From Lingula anatina (taxonomy: Eukaryota; Animalia; Brachiopoda): DNA of 64,000 nt. The stretch spans positions 23,994,001-24,058,000 of the forward strand of contig CM120642.1 in NCBI GenBank assembly GCA_051362555.1. The letters are read 5' to 3'. Both the position numbers and the translations under genes were made by a program. The notes beneath the pieces were generated by a model, which was given only the letters and a program-made list of their open reading frames with translations, had not been told where the DNA came from and made no database searches. Positions 1-11,929 of the stretch are shown here, piece after piece (the stretch's first letter is position 1; every line of letters begins with the position of its first letter).

Positions 1-151
1 ACATAATAAGTGTTTACAGGCTTAATGAGAGTATATATTAACCAGCGCAATATTTCAGTGCAACCTGGGCAACTTTTATAGATTGTCGGGCTCAACGAAA
101 CTGGAGAAACCCTAAAAAAAAAAAACTAAACTTAATCGAATTTTGTTGCAG

Positions 152-3100
152 GATACCAAAATGTACTTGTCTACCAGCACACAGACGGTTCATTTAGTTC
201 ATTTGGAGAAAGTGACACCTCCGGAAGCATGTGGTTAGTCAAATTGTGGTTCACGTGTTCCACTATGTCTCACTATATTCCCTCCCCTGCATAATACAAT
301 TTTATTCATTATGCAGGTTCTGTTGTATCTATGATTGCCTGCGTATAGCGTATATGTGCACGTTTGCTCCTACGTGTGTTCATTTCATGCAAACACATGG
401 TTTGGGTAGTATACTGCAGTTAATATTTGTCATCAGGAGTAGCTTTATTACTACAAAAGTGCCAATGGGAATAAGTAGAACAAGTGAAACTTTTAATGAT
501 TTGTAACGGAATTTTGTAATTTTTTTGTAATTTTTGTCATGCTTTGGTGTGATAAAAGGAGTGAGACGATTTTCAACACGACCATTTCAGGGCAACTGCG
601 TTCGTAACAAAGTGCTTGACACAAGCAGGTGACCATATCGAGATCGATGACGAGGTTGTCACTAAGGCCATCAACTGGATAATTGGTCAGCAGAACGCAG
701 ATGGCTCTTTTCCTGAGCCTGGGAGTGTGGTCCATAGGGCAATGCAGGTACTTAATATTGCAATTGTTAATATAAACAGAAGTAAAGATTCCATTTGAAG
801 AAGAGAGCGTTTTTGGAATTGATTGTTTTAGGCCCTTTGTAAACTTGGTGCAAATGGGCACTATAGTGTATTTTGCCAAAGTTTTATTGACCATGGTCAC
901 CATCTCAAATTCGTTGAACTCTTGGAAATGAACATAGAAATAGTCCAAGAACGTCAAATGAATTTTTTTACCTTATTTCAATAAGATAAATATTTTTTTT
1001 AATTCTGTTGATGTTTTAGAATATGTATTTTAATTTATTGCCCCCGTTTTTTTTCAAAACTGTAGTTATATACTGTATATTTGTTGCAGACTGGTTCGTC
1101 ATCGGATGTATCCCTGACTGCTTTTGTGGTCATTACTTTACTGGAAAATAAGGATATGGTAAGCACATTTTTATGTATTGAAAAAGTATTATTTTAATAT
1201 ATCAAATGCAATGTTTTATCCGCTGGATATTAATTTACATATTATTTTCATGTTTTATAAAAATTCTACTGCATGGTGATATTCTTTCAAATGCAAATGC
1301 AGACCAAACTGACATGAAAAAAATTGGAGGAAATATTCACAAAAGATGTACATTTAAAATGCATCAGTTTTTTAAAATTAGAACCAGCGATGAAATTATA
1401 AGAAACTGGAACAAACTTAATCTATAGGAACAAACTTAATCTATAGGAACAAACTAAATCTACCTGTATTGGCAACTTTAGCTGATATGACCATTTTAAC
1501 AACTAATGCGTTTCTTGCCATTTCAGTCTACCGATGATAATGTACGGAACGCCGCAGAGAGTGCTGTCCATTACTTGGAGAACCGTACTGCGTCCGTATC
1601 CAACCCTTACAGTCTGGCCATTTCATCGTATGCCCTGCAAAAAGCCAAAAGTTACGAAGCGGTTGCAGCTTTCAACCGTCTGAAAACTTTGATACCTAAT
1701 TTACTCAAAGGTAAGTTTACCTCATTATTTTTATAACTGTCAAAATACAATCAAGTCAGCATGATATGAAGTTATTCGTTATGAGTTTTGAAGGTTTTTG
1801 ATTTACCTATCGGCATCCAAAGACATTGACAGTTTACTTGCAACCAAAGACAAATTTCGAGAGCGTAAGATATATGTTACCTTTTTTTTCAAGGTGCTTC
1901 CGAGCCAGAGGGTGGATATCGCAACACATATGAGATGCAGCCCAATGCTATCAATGTCGAGATAATTTCTTACGCTCTCCTTGCGTATGCTGAGAAGTCG
2001 GACACGCAAGGAGGAATGCCTCTGATGAAATGGCTGATTTCCCAACGTAATACCTACGGAAGGTTCTCTTCAACTCTGGTAAGTTACCTTATTCATCCAA
2101 CAGAAAACAGACGGAGAGCTCGCTTTGACAAAGGTAATTTATCCGATTTTCACCTTAGGTCATGCGGGGGTCTCTCCTCAATAGGCCAGCTTTTTTATTT
2201 TCCAATGGCAGGCGCAAGGGGAACTTTCGTCAACTATAATAAGTCAACAGTTGTTCCAGTGTTGGGCATCCGGGGATCTCTCCATAGTCAAAGCCAGTTG
2301 TGCAATTCATCAACTTGGGGGATACGCGGTTTTCTGCAACAAAACTTAGATATTTCCTTTTTTATTTTCATCTGTTTTACTATTTCTTATTGTCTTGCAG
2401 GCCACGGTGGTGGCTCTGCAGGCGCTGTCTGTGTTTACTGTTGATATCTATGCGGCATCAAGCCCGGACATGCAGGTCACCATTGGCGTCGAAGGAAGTT
2501 CCAATCAAGTGACCCTTAGGGGGGGTAATACCATTATCCTACGGGTGTGTAATCATTATTAAACAAAGGTCTTTGTGTCTGGTTCCCTTTTTATAGTCCC
2601 TTTACTCTTTTTCATTTACCTAACATATAAATAGATATATTATGATTTTTTAAAAGTTATATTTAAGGTACAAACGTGATACCTTTGGTAGTTTACTGTT
2701 GCGCATTGATCTCTCTCTCCCTCCCTCTCTCCCTCCCTCTCTCTCTCTCTCACGCACAAACACTGACTTTGTGTCATAGGTGTAATTCCGTACTGGTGTT
2801 ACTTTTAAAGCTCCCAGATGCTACCAAACAAGTGACAGTTTCGGCAACTGGCAGTGGAAGGGCGCTTTTCCAGGTGAGATACCTTGACAGGATATTTGAT
2901 TAACTTAACTCAATACGGCAACACACTGAAAAATAATATGGTCAATTTTTGTAAGTGAGTAGTTCATAATGCATTGTTTTTTTCTGAAATATCCAACGAT
3001 ACCCCAGTTTATCTTTTAGGTGTCCGTGTCATACAACATAAAAACAATGGAGCAAGAACCATCGTTTGCTGTCGAAGCGACACAGGTGGAGCATGCATTT

Positions 3101-4378
3101 GGGAACTTAGTGAAGGTCCAGATTTGCTCGAAGTACGTAACCCACAGAAGAAGAAAAAAAGCCCCTGTCCATGGAAAACGATAATTAAAATGTGCATTGC
3201 GTCTCAAAGAGAGATATCCCCAGTAGGGTTTATTGTTAATTTAGAGTGTACACCAGCATTGTGTTTATTTATAAGGAGGACGAATGACGGAAAACAGTGT
3301 TGGCTTTATTTAACAGTCTTTCCGATTTTACGTCTGTAAAGCTTAACCCAATGTCTTTCTACTTTTTGTTAAACAAGTCCCAGGAGATTGAAATTGAACG
3401 ACAATCATGCTGCCCAGCTTTTTAAAAACCACTGACGATTGTGCTTGAAGCTCACCTAACACACTCACTGTATATTTTTATTCAGGTGGTTGGAGAACAG
3501 CCCAGCAAGCGGCATGGCGGTGCTAGAGATCGGAATACCTAGTGGATTCGAGGCTGATCTGGAGAGCATTTCACAGCTTCCGTCCCTGAAGAAGACGGAG
3601 AAAGCGTACAGAAAAATTGTGCTTTATTTTGATGAGGTACGAATTTTAGCAGAACGCCAGTGACTCCACAAGAATTAATCTGTGAATTTATCCTTGATTC
3701 ACATGACACCAAAGTGCGGATTGGTGGCGGGAAATTAGCTTCCGGTTTTAGGCATTTTTATTTATCACCTTATAGATCTTGTAATCAAACACAGGTTTAT
3801 GAATTTAGACAATTTTGACAGCTTTTTAGGTATGAAGTACAGTCTAAACTGGTAAATAAAGGCTAAGTCAAACTTATTAGAAATAGTTTTTTTTTTAATG
3901 TGATCATCTTTGAAGATGTAACGGTTGCTGTGGGCCTTTAATAATATATTGCTTTTCAATTTTGTCTTCCAGGTCAGTGCTACAAAAACCTGCATCACAT
4001 TTAATGTGCAGCGTGTCACACTGGTAGCTGAATCCAAACAACTAGCTGTTAGGCTCTATGATTACTTCTCCCCAGGTATTTTTTTTGTCGCTGTCACTGC
4101 ATAAGTTTTAATTACTCATTTATTATATCATCTTTATTTAGTTCAAAATATTTAAATGCATAATAAATGCATATCTACTTCTCTTCTTTTAAATGAAATT
4201 CTTTAGATAAATTTTAACATGCTTGCAACATTTAGGACTTAAAGGAATCAAAACTAACCTGTCTCTATTCATTTGATCGTTTACAGAAAAGCAAGTGACC
4301 GCTTTCTATGGGTTATATATTTTGCAAATCACTACGGTCTGCGACATCTGTCGGGAAAGGTGCTCACTGTGCTGGAAG
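152..4378 (+). CDS. TEP/CD109-like alpha-2-macroglobulin family protein, copy 1 (3' half; 5' part including the thioester exon lies upstream of the window)
   Basis: GT-AG exons in continuous frame: 152-233, 591-747, 1090-1158, 1527-1710, 1894-2078, 2401-2544, 2811-2873, 3020-3132, 3486-3636, 3973-4075, 4287-4378+. Motifs: [79 protein letters not shown] (TED and receptor-binding domains). The 3' end is uncertain. Confidence 0.9.
1410..1462. repeat. 19-bp tandem repeat (AACAAACTTAATCTATAGG, ~2.7 copies) in an intron
   Basis: Direct reading; a shorter version is present at the homologous site ~29742-29778 in copy 2. Confidence 0.75.
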
Positions 4379-6067
4379 GTAAGAACAGCTCAACCACTGA
4401 TTTTTATCCTTGCTGATGGTAGCTTTACTCTTTTCTCAGTTCCTGATGGACGGATTCATACTCATTGTGACAGTGGTGATTGTGAAGATAAAAAAGCGCC
4501 TCTTTGCAACCCCACAAACGAAATTTGTTCAAAATTGTTTGTAAATAAAACTTTTGCTGACTCATCACATCATAATTTTTAGGATGATGAGTCTTATTGA
4601 ATATTTGATATATTTTTTTTATATACGGTTATAACATTTAATACAGGCAACAATTTGCTAAATTGTTATCATTGTAAAAATGATTAGGATAGTGGGGTTA
4701 TATAATAAAAGCGGCCTTGTTTGGCCAAATCACGAACGACCAATATTCCTTGTTGCCTTCTTTCTTGTTATGAATGGGACTTTGAAAGTTTGTTGGTAAA
4801 CTGGAATGGAGGAGACATAAAAATATTATGACACTTAATAGAAAACCGTCTGGAATGTTGCTGTATATGATGTCTCTAGAGTCAGACACACACAATTTAC
4901 ATTATTTTCATTTTATTTTTTATTTTTATTCATATTTAAATAAATATGAAATAGAATTTGGGTAATTTTTCCTTTTGAATGAGTTTTTTTCCTAATGGAT
5001 GTCATTGCTTAAATTGGTTTATGTAAGTATGAGACGTACTTGCACTGTGACTTTTTAAGAAATAACTTGTTATCATAATCGTTATTAGTCATGTTATTAA
5101 TATCATCACACACACATATATTATCATTTTATTTACATTTCAAAACTCTTTATGAATGGAAAAGGACGCACTTGACCATGTTTCCTAACTTCTGTGACAC
5201 ATTATTAAACTGGCATGGCTTAATATCTCATTCCAGGACTGATATATTGGGAGCAATACGAAGAGGCTTGAAGTAATATTAATACATGCGGTTAATCAAC
5301 TGAAGAATTGCTATTATCCAGTATTTGAAATATTTTTTGGGACATACGAAACGGATCATGAGGGATTTGGACTCACATAAAGAGAGTTAGATAAATGCAT
5401 ATAATTAAGAAAAAATAAGACAGTTAAATCAAAATGTAAGATCGGCGCATGGGTAATAAACATATTTGCAATTCCAGTGGCGTTTACTTTGATGGCTTTT
5501 GGTGACTTTATTTTTTTTATTTTATTTTTATTTATTTATTTATTTATTTATTTATTTTTTGCAATCCGTACTTTCTCATTGCATAATTCATTTATCATAA
5601 GCCCATTCAACATTATAACAATTTGGTTGGAGTTTTGAAACAATAGATGCAAAGAAAGAAACAAGACAGGAAAGCTGTCAAATGTACAGACAAAAAGCAG
5701 AAAAAAGATGCAGAAAAATGTTATTTTGTCAATTTTAATGCAATAATAAATAATATTTACAGGTAGATATAATAAGCGTTTCACTCACTACCGCCGTCTG
5801 AAAGAAGTCTTTGCTGCTGTATGTGGTTATATAAAATGTGATAGCACACAAAGTGCTACCAGTATGAGAAGGCTTTTAAGTATATTTGAACACTAGAGAG
5901 AAAGGCCTTTCTTAAAATAACTGTGAAGATTTCTTTCCTTTTTGGTACCTATGGCTGAAAATCAGACATCTGGCTCATCGGCTACTCCATGAGCCAATCA
6001 CTTTTCGGTACCAAAGAGGTCATTTATTTGCGGATTTTTCTTGATTAAAAACCAAAGTTTTTTTTGT

Positions 6068-6745
6068 AAAATCAATGCTTAAGTAAGAATATGGTATTTA
6101 GTGAATTATTTGTAAATATGGTATATGCTTATTTAGAGCCTCAGCTTTAGAAAATCATTTAAACATGTGAACCTTATGGCCAAAATATGCCCCCTTTAAA
6201 AGTGGGGGTGGGGGGAGAAAATGCTTATTTTTTCAATGTGGTTAAATATATATCAATGCGTTACATATCCTTTACCCTTGGATGCAGGCTATGTAACAAT
6301 AGCTTTCTATCTTACTTCTTAGTTACATAATTTTCTAAAATAAAGCAGTTGAGACTCCAAAATTTTGTTCATTAGTGTGAAAAAATGCCCTGCTTACAAA
6401 TCATTTGCAAAATGCCAATTTCTTTTTTAAACAATATTTCTAAGATTTTTATTTTAATTTATGAAGATCCATAACATATAACCTCTTGTGACCTTTGACC
6501 CATTATCAATGACCCTTGACTTAATGTCATGCATAAATGATATATGATGATATATGAAATCAATTGTCCCAACCCTCACCTCCATTTAAAATATATACTG
6601 TATTGATATATCTTAAACCATATTGATGAAATAAGCATTTTCTCTCCCATTCCCCCACTACTCAAATGTTGTTAATAAGAATACGACTATACCGTGTATA
6701 CAAATCAATAATACCATATTTTTATTTAAACGCTGATTTTCTTAA
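6068..6745. mobile_element. Degenerate foldback/MITE-like element
   Basis: ~6068-6260 is an imperfect reverse complement of ~6600-6745 (e.g. GGAGAAAATGCTTATTT vs AAATAAGCATTTTCTCT). Confidence 0.5.
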
Positions 6746-8334
6746 ATAGGTGAGGGTACCACAATACACCAAGGGATGTGTAATAAAACTGAAATATAGA
6801 AATTTATCTTTGAAACCTTTCAATTTGGCAGACTCTTATCCCTGATTGTGACAAAATATGTTCAATGATGCTGAGTTTAAAATGCCAGTGGATAGAAAAA
6901 AATGCTAATTAGGCCAGACAAAATTGATAAGTTGGTTAACAGCGCCTCTCTGTAGGCGAACATTTGGTATTGGTTTTTGTTAATTTTATTTATTTTTTAA
7001 CGTATAGTGTTGAACGAGCTTAGCAGACACATTATAATGTTTTTCCTTTTTTTCAGTTCAGGGTTATACAATGTTAAATCCACCGTTTTTTTGTGCCAGT
7101 GGTGAATCTGACACACTAACCAACCCAAATTAACTGTAGCTTTTTTCCGATTTGAACAAAAGGAGCTATGTTAAATATCGTTTTTTTTTTTCAATTCAAA
7201 ATTAGGACCGATTGTGCTCGTGAACCAACTTATCAATTTTGTCTGGTCTAGCCAGCAACTGGAGAGGGCACCAGCATATATTCATATTCTTCTGTAACAG
7301 TATTAATATGAAATATTGTCATATGTCCCGTTCACCCTATTCCTTATTTTTCTTGTGTGTCAAGCAAACAACCTTTATGTATGCAGGTGGAAAACATAAT
7401 GTGCCTGTTTCCGTTGTGCATATGTGTTAAAGATACATACAAAGTCAATTTTTGTCATAAAAAACAACCAAATGCCAGCATATAGTTTCAAGTAGTGTAA
7501 CTAAGAGAATTGCCAAAAGGCATTGTTTAATTTTACCGGAAAGTGATGTTTGAACAGATTTTTCTGCTAGCATTCTATGCTGTATGTCAATGGGGCAGAA
7601 AAGTAGGTCACGAATGTAGGTTAAATTGATAACCAAAAATTTAAAGAAAGGAGCACTCTAAAGGTCTTTTATGGCTGATCAGGTGATTTATTCAGTCGTA
7701 TAAAAAACTAGAAGAAGTGGTTTACATGTGTTACTGGGAATCCACGCTCCACCGATGCTCGGTTCGTATATACCTTTAATAGAATTTAAAACCATAAAAT
7801 CTGAGGAAGGGGGCTAGGTAAAATAGAGGGATATACAGCAGAAATTTTCTTCTCTTTTAGGTTATTATTAAGGTGTGCCGCGTCATCTAATGATTTTAAA
7901 ACGGTCTGATTGTTTTCTATCAAAATTGATTCGTCTCATATCACTTACATTTGCAGTGATTACATCAATTATAAGCAATCCCCTTTACACTATCAGGATC
8001 ACGCCACGTGCTAGGCCTTAATGATAGACACCCGCATCGCTTTGATCACATTGCAAAGGCTTTGATTTCACCCTTATTTTAATAAATTAGAATTATCCAT
8101 CCATATAATATCGCATCATACGACTACGCTCTCAGGCAAGAACACCCATTCGGTAGGTCTCTGTTACATATCTTTTACGTTTAAAAATAATTTGTCAAGG
8201 CGCTTTGAATTATTGGGATATCTTGTTTTTACGTTCGCAACAAGAATGTGGTATAAACCTACATGTACCTCAGTGGAAGACCTTAGGCAATTAGATGGAG
8301 TTACTGATACTGCAGTAACATTGTGGAGTTGGAG

Positions 8335-8337
<3 letters not shown>

Positions 8338-8373
<36 letters not shown>
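8338..8373. repeat. (CT)n microsatellite
   Basis: Direct reading. Confidence 0.95.
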
Positions 8374-8375
<2 letters not shown>

Positions 8376-8798
8376 AAGGCATCTATTTCGAAACAGTGGC
8401 ATCAAAAAGTAAAAAGATAATGAGGTATACAATTCATCCTTATGAACTTTTTAAACCCTTTTCTACCATCAGTATTTTATTCACGTTTTCCGAAAGTATT
8501 AAGTGTGTAAAATCTGATTGCATGCAACGAGAGTCAGTGTGCACTAGATAAATGGCGACCTCACTCATTCTAGACGCGCGCCCCCTGTACATACAGGTAC
8601 AATGGCGTATGGCATTTCTTGTCATTATTATAATTGCAGTTCGACGTAACTTATTTTCATTCAGCGTACTGGTACGAATTTCAGACAAGACATAGTCAAA
8701 GAGATGAACCGTACAAGCGATTAAGTGAAGGATTTGAATTTTCTTAAGTGAAACTGGATATCTTTACGGTCATATAGGTCGAACTGCATGGCTAATAC

Positions 8799-9429
8799 TT
8801 AAAGCAATAATAACTCTTCCTTTGAGATTCAAAATTCCGCAAGAAATACATTCTAAACAACACACGGAAATATATTATATTGCATTTCACCACTAAAACG
8901 GCTGTTATTGTAGTAAAACTAAAAACTGTGCTTGTCAATAGGGCTTTCGGTGCCTTTTTCCCGGTCATCAAGGCATTCGTTGCCAAGGATTTTGGCGCAT
9001 CACGCGGATTCTCGCGTGCAGTCGAGACCAAAATAACACAGGCGCATGACACAATCCTCCGACGTAAGTTGCGAGTTTTTGTACAGTGTGTCGGATAACG
9101 AAAAGCACAGAACTGCACACGTTGTGAATATGAGCAATTAAGACGATTATATCGTATGAATCTTATTTTATTGCAATAAAGTGTTGTTGTTGTCTGCTTT
9201 TCCCGCGGTTTTAAGTAGGTCATCAGAAAACCCCGCTCGTTAGAGAGGGCTCCGTCAGTTAAAATCACTTAAGAGATTTTAACAAAAAACCGTACGTTTA
9301 GGAAAAAAACCCTGGATTAACTTTGAATGCAGGAATGGGGTCGCTGACCATTGTTGAGTACGGGAAAATTGCCGTTTACTCCAGGAAAATCCAATTTTTG
9401 GCCAAAACGAAGAGTTATTATGACTTTAA
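8799..9429. mobile_element. Non-autonomous TTAA-flanked DNA transposon (Kolobok-like MITE)
   Basis: TTAA at both ends; TIRs TTAAAGCAATAATAACTCTT / AAGAGTTATTATGACTTTAA. Its 3' ~160 bp is the reverse complement of the start of the element at 14153. Confidence 0.7.
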
Positions 9430-9699
9430 TATGGAATATTTTTTATCATTGTTATTTTTGAGTGCAGATTAATTTTTTTTTTGTTATTATTCATAAAAAA
9501 AGTTTGTAATTGAGTGATAAAAATATCCAGTCTTCTATAATGAGACATTTTGGTCAAAAATATCAAATCTGACATAAGTTGTCATTCAAAAGAAAAGAAC
9601 ACCCCCAGAAAACCATATCAAGAGTTTGATGTCAGTATTAGAACTCGTTACAGTAAATCATGAAAAGTAATGAATAGCGGGTACGACCTCCAGCAGCCG

Positions 9700-10800
9700 C
9701 TTGCAGCGCCCTCACCCTACATGGCATACCCTGTGACCATAGCTGTTAATGCTGCTAGTTACTTCCGCCCACAGATTTTCAATTGGGTTCATATCTGGGG
9801 AGTTTACAGGTCAGGGCAGTTGCTGTATCCCTTGGTTTTGAAGAAAAGCAGTGTTTCTGCGAGCTCGATTTTGTCTTGATACACAAAATTGTTCCTGAAC
9901 ATGTCTCTAACAAATGGAAGTTTTGTTTGCTGTAGAACCCTGGTTGAGGTTGCCTTCTAGAAAACCCAACTGGTTCTGGGCACTGGCATGAAATGCTCCC
10001 AAAACAGAGACGCCACTACCCTCTGCTTGCACCCCAGACAGTACACGATCATCGTTATATGCCTCTCGCACACGCTGGCGGACACGGATTCGACAGTCAA
10101 CCCTAAAAATCCATATCTGGACTTATCACTGAAAACGACGTGATTCAAGTGATTTGGCTGCAAACGCACGTGGTCCCCAGCCCATTGCAGACGTCGCTGT
10201 GCATGACCTGCTGTTAACAGTGGTTTCCGTACTGGTCTTCGTGTAAAATAACCGACTTGCAGTAATCTCTTTTTCGTGACGGACACTGAAACGGGCGTTT
10301 GGATAACATTCTGCAACTCTCTTCTGAGGGCACTGGTTGGCTTTGTACGGCAAGCACGGCACAGTGTAAGGAGAAGACTAACCTGTCTTCTTGTTGTGAT
10401 TCGAGGACACCCTGGTCGAGGTCTTGGAGTAGGTGCGCCTGTTGTAGCATTGACAAACGGTTCCCTGACAATTGTTGAATTGCTTGGCAATGGCTGCCGG
10501 TTTATGGCCATTTTCTCTAAGAGCAAAAATATCATGCGTTGCTTAGCTGTCGAACTAAGCAAAGGTACCTGGAAGTTTCAGGGCGATCCCTTTGTTGCTT
10601 CTTGAAATACACTCCAAAGATTGGCCAGACCCATGCGTTTTTACAGGTATACAAGGACAGAAATTGCCGAAAAGACCACCCCTCACATTTCTGACCACAG
10701 AACGTGCAACTGCATGAATCAATTGTTTCGAAAGTTGTGTTATAATTAGGTAACACACCTGGCTATACATGGGGTGACACCTAAGTTTCGGATTTAAAAT
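9700..10800 (-). mobile_element. Degenerate Tc1/mariner transposon (transposase pseudogene)
   Basis: ORF 9957..10562 contains RPGCPRITT, KKRLLQVGYFTRRPVRKPLLTAGHAQRRLQWA and VVFSDKSRY, i.e. the Tc1 HTH region and first catalytic D motif, then a frameshift. Boundaries are approximate. Confidence 0.8.
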
Positions 10801-11929
10801 AGCGAGAGAGAAAATAAATATTTTGTAGAAAATTTACTCGATAATTTAAATAATATTCCATATTAAGCATGAACGAACCCTGCATATTGTCTGACATGAT
10901 CGTAGATAGTAAGTTGAGACACACCAGATATTTACTTGATATAAAATATTTTAATTAAATTATTTAGTATTCTATTTCTGATTCCTATGGGTCTGATTCT
11001 CTTTTAGAAGCATATCATTCATGTTTTACCGATGGATAGATGCCATGGATTTGTATTTCAAACAGGTATAATAAATCTCAATAAATCTTACTATTATCAT
11101 AATGAACCCTTAACTGTTATCCCGTAAAACATATTATAGGTGTATAATTATCCTTTATACAACACTATTTTAAACGTTTTTTATTTAACCGGTGTCAGAT
11201 AATTTAATCACGGGTTAGGCTTATTCACTGGTTAGTGTTAAATGCCCTTTATAAAGCTGGCCGGCTATTGTCTTTTTTAAGAGACTAAGAAAATCGATTT
11301 GACGCGAAAATTCCGGGTAGTTTACCTTTCATCAACTGCCCTTGCTCTGTACGCTTTTTCTACATGTAATAAAATTAGCCCACGCTTACACATGTATCAA
11401 CAGCTCACCTTCCACGGAAACGAGGCAATTAGTCCAGTCATTTTACACCATAAATGAAAGGGTGCGGTCTTTAGTAAGATGATTTCATTCATATCTGAAA
11501 AGAAATCCAATCAGTTATCAACATGCAATGTTTAAAGAGCAAAAAAAACTATACGATGTATCATTTGTCTAGAAGAAGGAATTTAAATTATTATAAAATA
11601 TATAACAGTGGTTTTGTATGACTGTTAAAGACAACTGTAAATAATAAAACGTAAATAAATGAGTAAATAAGGATGATATTTTCTCCTTGAACATTGATTT
11701 TATTCCCCACTCGTATCTAATGGCATGTGCAAACTACTCATACAACAAAACATGTACTTCAGGGGTGGTAAAGTGACCGATTTCAGCTGATCCAGCTATC
11801 GCACTTTTCTGCCTTTGTTGAGGTAATATGTATGCATAGGTATAGCCTGATGTCGGCAGATACTGTGAACGTTTTTAACGTGACTCTAAAAGCTGTGTTT
11901 CCATACATATATTTTCTGTTTTAGCCAAA

